Positions 17,998-27,144 of a stretch of DNA of 64,000 bases are shown here, one piece after another. Source of the DNA: Parcubacteria group bacterium (GTDB lineage: Bacteria; Patescibacteriota; Minisyncoccia; Phycocordibacterales; Zambryskibacteraceae); contig JAQBRH010000002.1 of NCBI GenBank assembly GCA_028286565.1, positions 145,876-209,875 on the forward strand, given 5' to 3'. The position numbers and the translations under genes are program-made. Under the pieces are notes generated by a model, which was not told where the DNA came from, made no database searches, and saw only the letters and a program-made list of their open reading frames with translations. The first letter of the stretch is position 1; each line of letters starts with the position of its first letter.

Positions 17998-19908
17998 ATG
18001 TCGAAGGCCGAAAAACTCTTTGTGGTAGAGGTGATCCCGATCGTTCGAGGCCTGCCCAAAGCCACACTTTCGTATTTCACCAAGGAAAAACTTGTACTCG
18101 GTTCGTTCGTCAGGATCACCGTCAGGAACACCCCGGCTCTCGGACTTGTGGTCCGCACCACCGATGCGAAGGAAGCAAAGTCGAGCCTCAAAGCTTCGAA
18201 TTTCGCTCTAAAAAAACTTACTCCGCTTCAAGGCGATCATTCGCTCTCCCCCGCCTTTATTCGAGCCGCCGAAGCGTCCGCTCGATACTATGCGACGAGC
18301 GTCGGGAGCATTCTCGGTTCAACAATACCCCGATCTCTTCTTGAATCTCCGGAGCTTGTAGCATGCGGACAGCGCAAGGAATCCAAGATCAAGCTCACCC
18401 GCGAGCCCCTCCTCGTCCAGCTTTCGGACGAAGAGCGCTACAGGGAATACAAGTCGATCGTCCGGGGAGCGTTCGCACGAAGCAGCTCGGTTCTTTTTCT
18501 TGTTCCCACTCTCGAGGACGGCTTGCGCGCCTATGATATTTTGTCCAAAGGCATCGAGGCTTATGCCTTCACCACCGCCCGCAAATCCGCGAAGGCTCTC
18601 CGAAGCACTCTCGAAGCGGCGCACGGCGAAAAGCACCCTATCCTTCTCATCACTACGCCGGGATTCATCTCCTTTGATCGCCCCGACCTCGACACGATCA
18701 TCCTTGAAAAGGAAAATTCCCGCTCGTATAAGACTCTGGCTCGTCCGTATATAGACCTCAGGATATTCGCTGAACTTTTGGCCGAAGAATCGGGTAAAAC
18801 TCTCATCCTCGGAGACTCTGTCCTTTCCCTGCGCTCTCTCCTGCGCGAGAAACAAGGCAAGTATGCGGAGCTTTCGCCGCTCAAGTGGAAGACGCATTAT
18901 GATGCAAAGACCCATATCGTAGACATGAAAGCGCCGGTCAACGCAGATGCGAAAGGCGAGCCGGAATTCACCATACTGTCAAAGGAGATCATCGGGATGA
19001 TCTCGCGGGCGATCGAAGAGAAGCGCAAGGTCTTCCTATTTGCCGCCCGCCGAGGACTCGCCCCCTCCACCGTCTGCAGGGACTGCGGGACGGTCCTCCC
19101 GTGCGACAACTGCAAGGCGCCCTTGGTTCTCCACGAACGATCGAACGGAGATCGATTCTATCTTTGCCATGCCTGCGGAGCTCAGAGGGACGCTCACACC
19201 CGCTGCGGCCACTGCAATAGCTGGAACCTGGTCCCGCTCGGCATCGGAGTGACAAGGATCCGCGATGAGGTTCGGAAACTTTTTCCCCACTCGCCTCTCT
19301 TCATCTTGGACAAAGAGCATGCGGGGACCGCCAAGGAAGCGACGGCCGTGGCCAAAGAGTTCGCAGGCGACAAAGGCGGGATCCTTGTCGGCACGGAGCT
19401 CGCCCTTTTATATCTTGAGAAGGTTCCGTACATCGGCATTATTTCCCTGGACTCGCTTTTTTCCATTCCTGACTTCGGCATCCATGAGCGCGTTTTTTAT
19501 CTGGTGAATCGGATCCTTGAAAAAGCCGAACGGGAAGCCATCATCCAGACCAGGAACATCGGCAAGGAAGTGCTTGCCTTCGCCAGCCGCGGGGATATCC
19601 TCGACTTTTTTCGCACTGAGATACAAGAGCGAGAGGAGCTCGCCTACCCCCCCTTCACCCTGTTCATCAAAGTGACGACCGAAGGCTCGTCCGACGAGCT
19701 CGCGAAGAAAGCCGCACGCCTCCGCACTCTTTTTGAAGAATTTTCTCCGGACTTCATCAAGGAGCGCGGGGTCAAGAGCGGCAAGGTCGGGCTTTCGATG
19801 GTCCTCCGGTTCCATAAAAATGAATGGCCGAAGCCCGAGGTCGAAGAGAAGCTGGCTTTGCTTCCTCCTGATTTTTTGATTAAAGTAGATCCTGACAGCC
19901 TATTTTGA
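17998..19908 (+). CDS. priA: Primosomal protein N' (PriA) with degenerate helicase motifs
   Basis: RRG.AP + four CxxC Zn motifs, G.G..RI, PDF, IIQT, YPPF; no recognisable Walker A or DEEH. Confidence 0.88.
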   Translation: MSKAEKLFVVEVIPIVRGLPKATLSYFTKEKLVLGSFVRITVRNTPALGLVVRTTDAKEAKSSLKASNFALKKLTPLQGDHSLSPAFIRAAEASARYYATSVGSILGSTIPRSLLESPELVACGQRKESKIKLTREPLLVQLSDEERYREYKSIVRGAFARSSSVLFLVPTLEDGLRAYDILSKGIEAYAFTTARKSAKALRSTLEAAHGEKHPILLITTPGFISFDRPDLDTIILEKENSRSYKTLARPYIDLRIFAELLAEESGKTLILGDSVLSLRSLLREKQGKYAELSPLKWKTHYDAKTHIVDMKAPVNADAKGEPEFTILSKEIIGMISRAIEEKRKVFLFAARRGLAPSTVCRDCGTVLPCDNCKAPLVLHERSNGDRFYLCHACGAQRDAHTRCGHCNSWNLVPLGIGVTRIRDEVRKLFPHSPLFILDKEHAGTAKEATAVAKEFAGDKGGILVGTELALLYLEKVPYIGIISLDSLFSIPDFGIHERVFYLVNRILEKAEREAIIQTRNIGKEVLAFASRGDILDFFRTEIQEREELAYPPFTLFIKVTTEGSSDELAKKAARLRTLFEEFSPDFIKERGVKSGKVGLSMVLRFHKNEWPKPEVEEKLALLPPDFLIKVDPDSLF

Positions 19909-20468
19909 TGAAAAACTTAATTCTCGACCACGACGATCCGATATTGCGCCAGAAAGCCGCCGAAGTTCCTCTGAGTGATATCGGATCAAGACGGATCACA
20001 AGCATCCTTAATCGGATGAAGAAAGCCCTCCATAGCCAGGAAGACGGGGTGGCTATCGCCGCGCCTCAGATCGGCGAGAGCCTTCGCATCTTCCTCGTCA
20101 GCGGGCGCGCTCTGGCTCTGACGAACAAAAAGAAAAGATCCAAAAAAGATATCGATGCGGAAGAAATAGAGGAAGCCTTCGAGGACCTCGTCTTCATCAA
20201 TCCGGTCATCACCAAGCTTTCCAAAAAGAAGAGCAGTATGGAAGAAGGCTGCCTTTCCGTCCGCTGGCTCTACGGAGAAGTGGAGCGCAGCAACAAAGCG
20301 ACGATACGCGCGTATAACGGGAAGGGCGCCAAGTTTGAAATGGGAGGTTCGGACCTCATGGCTCAGATCTTTCAGCACGAAACGGATCACCTCGACGGCG
20401 TATTATTTATAGATAAAGCGGAGAATATCAGAGACCTTCCTCCGAAAGACACAGACGATGAAGAATAA
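19908..20468 (+). CDS. def: Peptide deformylase
   Basis: GVAIAAPQIG, EGCLS, QHETDHLDG. Confidence 0.97.
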   Translation: MKNLILDHDDPILRQKAAEVPLSDIGSRRITSILNRMKKALHSQEDGVAIAAPQIGESLRIFLVSGRALALTNKKKRSKKDIDAEEIEEAFEDLVFINPVITKLSKKKSSMEEGCLSVRWLYGEVERSNKATIRAYNGKGAKFEMGGSDLMAQIFQHETDHLDGVLFIDKAENIRDLPPKDTDDEE

Positions 20469-21282
20469 TTTTATTTTTTTCGGTACGTCGAATTTCTCTG
20501 TCTATGTCTTGGATGCGCTGTATGAAAAAGAATGCGCTCCTACCGCGGTAGTCACCTTTCACGACAAGCCCAATGGAAGAAACCTAACTCTTGTCCCAAA
20601 CCCGGTGAAGGTCTGGGCGAAAGAGCATCATATAGAAGTGATAGAGACAGATTCGGTAAGAAGCGAGACGCATCTCACTACGCTCAAGCATCGCAACGCT
20701 GATGTATTCGTGGTCGCAAGTTTTGGCAAGATCATGCCGAAAGAACTCATTTACCTTCCTCCGCACAAGACGTTGAACGTTCACCCATCCTTGCTCCCCA
20801 AGCTTCGCGGACCGGCTCCTATACAGGGAGCGATCCTTGGTGAAGAGAAGACAGGCGTGACCATAATGCGGATGGATGAAAAGATGGATGAAGGGCCGAT
20901 CCTCGTTGCGGAAGAGGTCTCCTTTCCCACCTGGCCGGTGCACTATGAAGTAGCCGAGAAAAAGCTCGGGAAAGCTGGTGGAGAGTTACTTGCTCGGATC
21001 CTCCCTATGTGGACAAGCGGGGCACTCAAAGAAGCTGAACAAAATCCATCTCTGGCTACGTATACACACATGATCAAAAAGTCAGATGCGGATATCACAA
21101 ACGATAATCCAGAAAGCGCCCTTAGAAAGATCTACGCATACAGCACCTGGCCTCGGGCACGAAAAGGCGATTTAATAATTACTTCTGCTCATATAGAAAA
21201 CGGCAATCTAATTTTTGATAAAGTCATCCCTCCAGGCAGAAAGGAGATGAGCTATGCGGATTACTTGCGAGGGAAGAAATAA
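20458..21282 (+). CDS. fmt: Methionyl-tRNA formyltransferase (C-terminally compact)
   Basis: FFGT..F, NVHPSLLPKLRGPAPIQ, MDEKMDEG. Confidence 0.93.
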   Translation: MKNNFIFFGTSNFSVYVLDALYEKECAPTAVVTFHDKPNGRNLTLVPNPVKVWAKEHHIEVIETDSVRSETHLTTLKHRNADVFVVASFGKIMPKELIYLPPHKTLNVHPSLLPKLRGPAPIQGAILGEEKTGVTIMRMDEKMDEGPILVAEEVSFPTWPVHYEVAEKKLGKAGGELLARILPMWTSGALKEAEQNPSLATYTHMIKKSDADITNDNPESALRKIYAYSTWPRARKGDLIITSAHIENGNLIFDKVIPPGRKEMSYADYLRGKK

Positions 21283-21330
21283 TCAGTAGACTGGGGAAAG
21301 ATCATTGTACCCTCACACGGAGAGACGAGT

Positions 21331-21804
21331 ATGGAGTCCGGAGCCATAAGTGCGGCGGAAAGACAGGCCGCCATAGATGCACATTTCTCGAGACGGGCTG
21401 AATTCATCGTGAAAGGCCTGATGCCCCGCTTCCACTCTCACCTGAGCGCCCTGCCGCACCGTTCGCCCTTTTATCACGTCAAGCACTTCTGGGTGTGCAC
21501 AGGTGTGTGGAAAGCGAGGCTCGAGGTCACCACCCGCACGGCGAGCCTCCGCCTCATTCATTTGTTCATGAGCGACCTCCCTATGCGTCGAGCATTTGAG
21601 GGAGCTTCCGTTATTCCCCTCGGTTTCGGAAAGGAGTTCGAACTGCCATTCAGGCATAGGATCGACATTCCGATTCAACCCGGCGTGAAAGCGGAATGGG
21701 CGGTGCACTCGACTCCGGACGGAGAGATACCCGCCGAGTGTGTACCCGTTCTGAAGAGCCTGCTCCTCCCCGAGCTCAAGAAGCACCCCAATCTCGTTTT
21801 CTAG
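21331..21804 (+). CDS. Orphan hypothetical protein
   Basis: GGAG SD; terminator AGACCGCT-C-AGCGGTCT + T-run immediately after the stop. Confidence 0.55.
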   Translation: MESGAISAAERQAAIDAHFSRRAEFIVKGLMPRFHSHLSALPHRSPFYHVKHFWVCTGVWKARLEVTTRTASLRLIHLFMSDLPMRRAFEGASVIPLGFGKEFELPFRHRIDIPIQPGVKAEWAVHSTPDGEIPAECVPVLKSLLLPELKKHPNLVF

Positions 21805-21827
21805 ACCGCTCAGCGGTCTTTTTTGTA

Positions 21828-22202
21828 TTATTTTTTGCGCCAATCGCGGAGGCCGCGCATCATGTCTTTGATGGCGCGCTGGCCGCGACGGAGCATCTTT
21901 GTGTGACGGCCCTTCTCCGATGACAATTCCCTCTTCACTTCGTTCTCGACGAGGTCGATGGCCTTATAGAGATCGTCGGATTCTTTGGTGGCCACCAGAT
22001 TCAATCCTTCTCCGACGAGCCGTACTTCGGCTCTGAACACATCTCCGCTTTTGTGGTGGTGAGAAGGCTTGCCCACTTCGACGAAAGCGTCGACCGCGGT
22101 TCGTTCACCCAAATATTTTTCAACGGCGCCTATCTTTTTGTATACATACTCGGAGATCGCTTCGGTCAACTCTATCCCCGTGGCTTTGATCTGGATATTC
22201 AT
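21828..22202 (-). CDS. hpf: Ribosome hibernation factor / RaiA (S30AE family)
   Basis: MNIQIKATGIELTEAISEYV.KK, DLYKAID. Confidence 0.9.
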   Translation of the reverse strand: MNIQIKATGIELTEAISEYVYKKIGAVEKYLGERTAVDAFVEVGKPSHHHKSGDVFRAEVRLVGEGLNLVATKESDDLYKAIDLVENEVKRELSSEKGRHTKMLRRGQRAIKDMMRGLRDWRKK

Positions 22203-22268
22203 AGGCGTTTGGTTAGCTCGTATGCTCTTATAATACAAGAACAAGCGCCGAGGCGCTTGTTCAAAAGT

Positions 22269-22436
22269 TTACTCTTCGGGAGTATCGTCCGCATCGCGGC
22301 GCGAGTCGTCGGCAGCCGCTCGAGTAGCCTCAGCCTTGGTTTCTTCGGCATCCGCTTCAGCCTCGTCAGCGTCCGCCTTACTTTCTTTGGCTTCCTTTAC
22401 ACCTCGCTGTGCGTCTTTTTCTGCATCTGTTGACAT
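22269..22436 (-). CDS. Small acidic, probably disordered protein (55 aa, below the ORF-track cut-off)
   Basis: Manual translation MSTDAEKDAQRGVKEAKESKADADEAEADAEETKAEATRAAADDSRRDADDTPEE. Confidence 0.55.
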   Translation of the reverse strand: MSTDAEKDAQRGVKEAKESKADADEAEADAEETKAEATRAAADDSRRDADDTPEE

Positions 22437-22518
22437 ATAGTAATAGTGCTAGCGTATAACGTATTTCGGGCCCGCATATAGAGACGAGAGAGTCCCGGAT
22501 TCGTGTCTCATCAACCGG

Positions 22519-23058
22519 CTAGCTGCGGTTCAGAAATTCCCCATATGCCGCCTGCACCTTTTCAAGCTTGGGGTTTATAACTACTTCGCAATAGGGATTC
22601 CCCGGATGCTTCGCGAAATAGTCCTTATGATAATCTTCCGCTTCGTAGAACTTCTCGAGAGGCACGACCTCAGTAACGACGGGAGCGCCGGAACTCGCGG
22701 AAGCATCTATGTCTTGTATATATTTCTCCACCGCGGCTTTCTGCTCGGGAGTGGTATAAAAAACAACCGACCTGTACTGCGTGCCGACGTCCGCACCTTG
22801 GCGGTTCAGCGTGGTCGGATCATGGCTTCCGAAGAAGATAGTAAGGAGGGTCTCGTATTCGACGAGCGTTGGATCATAGTCGATCCGGACCGCCTCCGCG
22901 TGCCCAGTCTGCCCGCCGGAGACCTGCTCATATGTAGGATTCTCTACTGACCCTCCGGCATACCCGGGCAAAACTGAGGAGACCCCTCGGATCTTTTTAA
23001 AGACCGCTTCAGTGCACCAAAAGCATCCTCCGCCGAATACTGCTGTTGCTTGGCTCAT
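22519..23058 (-). CDS. msrA: Peptide methionine sulfoxide reductase A
   Basis: GGGCFWC, GYAGG, HDPTTLNRQGADVGTQYRS, AEDYH. Confidence 0.97.
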   Translation of the reverse strand: MSQATAVFGGGCFWCTEAVFKKIRGVSSVLPGYAGGSVENPTYEQVSGGQTGHAEAVRIDYDPTLVEYETLLTIFFGSHDPTTLNRQGADVGTQYRSVVFYTTPEQKAAVEKYIQDIDASASSGAPVVTEVVPLEKFYEAEDYHKDYFAKHPGNPYCEVVINPKLEKVQAAYGEFLNRS

Positions 23059-23080
23059 GCGCTTATTATATCATGCAGGC
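23059..23080. promoter_or_regulatory. Bidirectional leaderless promoter for msrA and the serine hydrolase
   Basis: Overlapping -10 boxes: TATAAT-N6-ATG (minus) and TATCAT-N6-ATG (plus) in 22 bp. Confidence 0.65.
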
Positions 23081-24082
23081 ATGAAGCGTTTTTTTAATCA
23101 TTGGAAATATCTCCTCGCCGCCGTACTCGTCGTCGGTACGGGGATCGGCGGATACACGTATGGCATGAACCAGCACGATGTGCTGAAGCCCTTGGTCGTC
23201 CGCGAGACTGATGAGGATCTCAAGTTCATCAGTCCCCTCGTGGTATTCACTATCGGGGACAAGAGCAACTATCCCGAATACCGCAGTCTCGAACAAAAGA
23301 TCACAAGCTATATAACCGCGAGCAAAAATAACGGCCAGGCGACCGATGTTTCCGTTTACTTTAGGAATCTTGTGAACGAATCTTGGACAGGCATTAATGA
23401 AGACGAAAAATATGCCCCATCGAGCATGCTTAAGGTAGCCATAATGATGGCCTACATGAAAGCGGCCGAGACCGAGCCAACGCTGTTATCAAAAGAAGTC
23501 CTATACAAAGCCGAAAGTGATCCGGGGCAGACGTTTAAACCGGTTGATCCCCTTTCGACGGGCTACCATACGAACGAGGAGCTCATTGATCAAATGATTC
23601 GAGAGTCGGACAACTTCGCGGCCGATATCCTGCTTTCTAATCAGAAAGAATCTTTGCTCAAAGTATTTCAGGCTCTTCATCTTCCTCAGGAGCAGGACCC
23701 GACCCAGATCGACTTTATGTCCGCACGACTGTATTCCCGCCTCTTCAGAACTCTGTACAACGGCACCTACCTCTCCAAGGATGTGTCGAACAAAGCCCTC
23801 GAACTCTTGTCTCAAACTGATTTCCAAGACGGGCTCGTAAAGGGCGTCCCGGCCTCGGTGATCGTTTCGCATAAATTCGGCGAACGCACTGTACGAGATA
23901 ACCCCACGAACAATAACGTAGTCTATCGAGAGCTTCATGACTGCGGGATCATTTACCACGATACAGCCCCTTATTTCCTCTGCATTATGACCAAGGGCAA
24001 AGATTTCAACAGCCTTGAATCGGTTATCTCCGATATTTCGCACATTGTCTACACAGACGTCAACCAAGGACTCGCCCAATAA
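23081..24082 (+). CDS. Class A beta-lactamase-related serine hydrolase, membrane-anchored
   Basis: SMLK (SxxK), SDN, HKFG, HDCGII; N-terminal TM; start moved to MKRFF. Confidence 0.85.
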   Translation: MKRFFNHWKYLLAAVLVVGTGIGGYTYGMNQHDVLKPLVVRETDEDLKFISPLVVFTIGDKSNYPEYRSLEQKITSYITASKNNGQATDVSVYFRNLVNESWTGINEDEKYAPSSMLKVAIMMAYMKAAETEPTLLSKEVLYKAESDPGQTFKPVDPLSTGYHTNEELIDQMIRESDNFAADILLSNQKESLLKVFQALHLPQEQDPTQIDFMSARLYSRLFRTLYNGTYLSKDVSNKALELLSQTDFQDGLVKGVPASVIVSHKFGERTVRDNPTNNNVVYRELHDCGIIYHDTAPYFLCIMTKGKDFNSLESVISDISHIVYTDVNQGLAQ

Positions 24083-24130
24083 TTATTTTCCTTCGGATAA
24101 ATAAAGCCAAAGATTTGATAAAATGATCCT

Positions 24131-24382
24131 ATGATCAAAACAGAAATTGCCGGCGGCGTGGCGCATAGGATGCCGGCGGACCTGAGAGAGGCTCTCATCT
24201 CCTCATCGCGAGTCGTATCGGCGTGGGATGACATAACTCCGCTCGCCCGCAACGAATGGATATGCTGGATCGAGTCCGCGAAGAAACCGGAGACGAGGAA
24301 GCACAGGATCGAGAGGACACGCTCGGAACTGCGCGAAGGAAAACGCCGACCCTGTTGCTGGGCCGGCTGTATTCATCGGTGA
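24131..24382 (+). CDS. YdeI/OmpD-associated family protein
   Basis: P.DL..AL, TPLARNEWICWIESAKK.ETR..RI. Confidence 0.8.
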   Translation: MIKTEIAGGVAHRMPADLREALISSSRVVSAWDDITPLARNEWICWIESAKKPETRKHRIERTRSELREGKRRPCCWAGCIHR

Positions 24383-24464
24383 AATAAAAAATTAAACCGA
24401 GAAAAGATTATTAAAATTTTGAGTGCATGAATTTAGTTTTGCATAAAAAGACAACGCCACGGAA

Positions 24465-24779
24465 TTACTCCGTGGCGTTTGGGGTCTCGATGAGCTCAGC
24501 AAACATCTGAGCATAGTCCTTCGACAACATGGAAGAGACCGTAACGTTCAGCGCTTCGCATACTTTCATTGCTGAGAAGTACCCGATTGGCGCCTTCGCC
24601 CCTTCCACGCGGCTGAGGTGACCCGCAGTCAGACCCGACTGAGTACCGAGTTCAGTCATGCTCATTCCTCTCACCGGTCGTACTGCTGAGAGGTTGCGGC
24701 CAAACAGTGCGGCCCCTTCGGGAGTTCGAATGGCAATATCGAACTCAACTTCTGCGGCTCGTATTGAAGAGACGGACAT
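24465..24779 (-). CDS. XRE/Cro-C1-type HTH protein
   Basis: FGRNL..VR..RGMS..EL...SGL...HLSRVE.....I....AMKVCEALNV; GGAGG SD. Confidence 0.75.
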   Translation of the reverse strand: MSVSSIRAAEVEFDIAIRTPEGAALFGRNLSAVRPVRGMSMTELGTQSGLTAGHLSRVEGAKAPIGYFSAMKVCEALNVTVSSMLSKDYAQMFAELIETPNATE

Positions 24780-24846
24780 GATGCCTCCAAAAAGGACGTG
24801 GGTTTGCTTCCAGTATTATTTCACAACTTTATAAGTCTGTCAACTT

Positions 24847-24864
24847 GGCTCCACGGCTAGGGCT
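24847..24864 (-). repeat. Distal copy of the tRNA-Asn 3' end (att-like)
   Basis: ggctccacggctagggct versus ggctccgcggctagggct starting at 27868 (17/18 identical). Confidence 0.75.
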
Positions 24865-24935
24865 GGGCCATTAACATTGCTTCGCAATTTCGCGACCCCG
24901 ACTCGGCTACATCCTTTCAGGATCGGCTTCACCCC
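24865..24935 (-). mobile_element. Remnant of a tRNA-3'-associated structured element
   Basis: Core tttcgcgaccccgactcg matches 5842..5859 at 17/18; hairpins ATCCT-GAA-AGGAT and ATTGC-GAA-GCAAT. Confidence 0.5.
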
Positions 24936-25037
24936 CATCTATGGAGGGGAAAGAGGTTCATGAACGTCTATATGCATTATAGGTAGATCCTCTGAACCTT
25001 TACTCGATTCTTAATATTAGTTAGCTATTCGTTATAA

Positions 25038-26273
25038 ATGAAAAAAATCACTCGAGCCGCTATATTCGCGGTTTTTGCTGCATTTGCGATTCTCAGTTCC
25101 TCTTTGCCAGGTGTTGCGCGGGCCAATGGTCCCGGAGCCATTAATCTTGGGGCTGCAGGCAACTTCGTTATCTTGACCAAAACAGGTGTTTCAACAACCG
25201 GATCTACATCAGTGAACGGAGATATAGGTGTGAGTCCTGTGGCGGCAAGTTATATCACGGGGTTTGCTCTCACGCTTCCTTCCGCCTCAGCCTTCTCTAC
25301 TTCGGCTTTGGTGACCGGAAATGTCTATGCTTCGGATTATGCCGTTCCTACTCCTAGCAATCTTACAACCGCGGTTAATGATATGGAGACTGCCTATAAC
25401 GATGGTGCGGGCCGTTCCGATACAACTGCGACAGAACTCGGTGCCGGTAACATTGGCGGGTTAACCATTCCTCCGGGACTTTATAAGTGGGGTACCGGGG
25501 TAACGATTCCTTCAGATGTAACCCTAAGTGGTTCAGCGAACGATGTGTGGATCTTCCAAATTGCCCAAGGTCTGAATGTAGGACCTGGGGTGAGCATCCA
25601 GCTAAGCGGAGGTGCCCAAGCTGCGAATGTTTTCTGGATTGTGGCCGGCCAAACGACCATCGAAACCACAGCGGTCTTTAATGGGAACATTTTGGACAAA
25701 ACAGCTATCGTCCTTAAAACTGGAGCACGATTGAACGGCCGAGCTCTCGCTCAAACCGCCGTAACGCTTGATTCAAATACGATAACAAAAGTGGGTTCAA
25801 ATGGCTCCCCTACCCCCACCCCGACTCCTGCGCCAGTACCTACTCCAACTCCCTCGCCTACTCCCTCCTCTTCTTCGTCCGGTTCGTCCGGCCAATCTTT
25901 GAACGTAACGGCTTCGAACGGATTGACCATTGTTTCCCAGCCGACAGATCCTAAGATCGCCTTGCAGCAAAAGCTCGACCAATTGGTCGCTCAGTTACGA
26001 ACCCTTCAGGGACAAGCTGGATCTCCTTTGCGAGGAGTTATGGTAAATCTGAATGTGGGAAGCCGAGGAAGCAATGTAAGCACTCTTCAGCAGTTTCTTA
26101 TCTCCCAGAATAAAGGATCGGCCGCAAGAGCGCTTTCTAGCGTCGGGGCCACCTCAAACTTCGGAGTCATGACTAAAGCAGCCTTGGCAGAATTCCAAAT
26201 GAATGTAGGCATCCAGCCCGCTTTAGGAAATTTCGGTCCGATCACCCGTGCGTACATCAGTGCTCATTTCTAG
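25038..26273 (+). CDS. Secreted ice-binding-like (DUF3494) protein with Pro/Thr linker and C-terminal peptidoglycan-binding-like domain
   Basis: Signal peptide; NLGAAGNFVILTKTGVS, GDIGVSP, PGLYKW, VWIFQI, ANVFW.VAG, GRALAQTAVTLD; PTPTP linker; GSRG.NV..LQQFL...FG..T.AAL..FQ...G.FGP.TRA. Confidence 0.88.
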   Translation: MKKITRAAIFAVFAAFAILSSSLPGVARANGPGAINLGAAGNFVILTKTGVSTTGSTSVNGDIGVSPVAASYITGFALTLPSASAFSTSALVTGNVYASDYAVPTPSNLTTAVNDMETAYNDGAGRSDTTATELGAGNIGGLTIPPGLYKWGTGVTIPSDVTLSGSANDVWIFQIAQGLNVGPGVSIQLSGGAQAANVFWIVAGQTTIETTAVFNGNILDKTAIVLKTGARLNGRALAQTAVTLDSNTITKVGSNGSPTPTPTPAPVPTPTPSPTPSSSSSGSSGQSLNVTASNGLTIVSQPTDPKIALQQKLDQLVAQLRTLQGQAGSPLRGVMVNLNVGSRGSNVSTLQQFLISQNKGSAARALSSVGATSNFGVMTKAALAEFQMNVGIQPALGNFGPITRAYISAHF

Positions 26274-26293
26274 TTTCCTTATAAAGGAGCATT

Positions 26294-26330
26294 AAACAAA
26301 AAAACCACTTTTTCGGTGGTTTTTTTGTTT
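26294..26330. terminator. Bidirectional-type intrinsic terminator
   Basis: aaacaaaaaaaccac-loop-gtggtttttttgttt inverted repeat. Confidence 0.65.
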
Positions 26331-26489
26331 GATATTCACACTAGCCGACGATTTTCGAACTTTGGATTGGGCAACTGAATTCCCCTTTCCTTCGGTTGAG
26401 TTAGAACAAATTAAAAGTTTATTGGCATAAGAAGAACCGCCAGCACAAAAGTGCTGGCGGTTAGGACTCCTGGCATTTCTGCCGGGAAA

Positions 26490-26807
26490 CTATTTGCTAC
26501 CAAACCTGGCCTTCATCGCCGCAAGTGCGTCACGGGAGGGTTTTACCCATTTCCTTTTCCATGCACATTCCGGCTGAGTTTTACCTCGCGGATCACGAGG
26601 ATAGCCCTTGAAGTATTGATACCGACTCGGAGAGCCGGCACATGGGGTGGGGCCATCGACAGGAAACAGATGTCGATCAACTAATCCAAAAAATCCCAGT
26701 GAGTGAGGTTGGCGAGTAGCTTCGAAATTAGTGACGCTGTTTTCGAGCGGCACCAACTGACCGCAATAGTCGCAAGGGAGTGGTTCCGTGATGAAGCTGA
26801 TGATCAT
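26490..26807 (-). CDS. Orphan hypothetical protein with CxxC motif
   Basis: CDYCG; GAGG SD; terminator AACCGCCAGCAC-loop-GTGCTGGCGGTT downstream; start could be 26852. Confidence 0.55.
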   Translation of the reverse strand: MIISFITEPLPCDYCGQLVPLENSVTNFEATRQPHSLGFFGLVDRHLFPVDGPTPCAGSPSRYQYFKGYPRDPRGKTQPECAWKRKWVKPSRDALAAMKARFGSK

Positions 26808-27144
26808 TGCAGGATTCCTCGTTGAGGGGTAGGCGCATATGCACCTCCTCATGAGTAGTCCTTGATTCGGTGCGTGTGATGAAACAAAAAGTAGCTTCTA
26901 TCGATGTCGCATGCTTTGTATCTCCAGGTTTAGTTAATGTTCGAGGCTATTTCAAAGTTATCACACATTGTTTATATTGTCAATAGTTTGCTCTGTATGT
27001 TGGACGAGTTCAGAACTCATTGGTTGAAAAGTTTAGAAGGTTGAATTGGGGTTTGATTGAAAAAGAATTGAGTTTCGCAGGACTGAGTTAAGTAAAAGAA
27101 AGCCACCCGAGAGGTCGGGTGACCTTCAGGGGTGGCGGTAGAAC

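Noticed and set aside
23081-24082. Functional antibiotic-resistance beta-lactamase
   Set aside because: HKFG instead of KTG, no clear E166 omega-loop motif, and a membrane anchor; only family-level similarity is supportable
25805-25890. Low-complexity C-rich repeat as a DNA repeat element
   Set aside because: It encodes the Pro/Thr/Ser linker of the ice-binding-like protein
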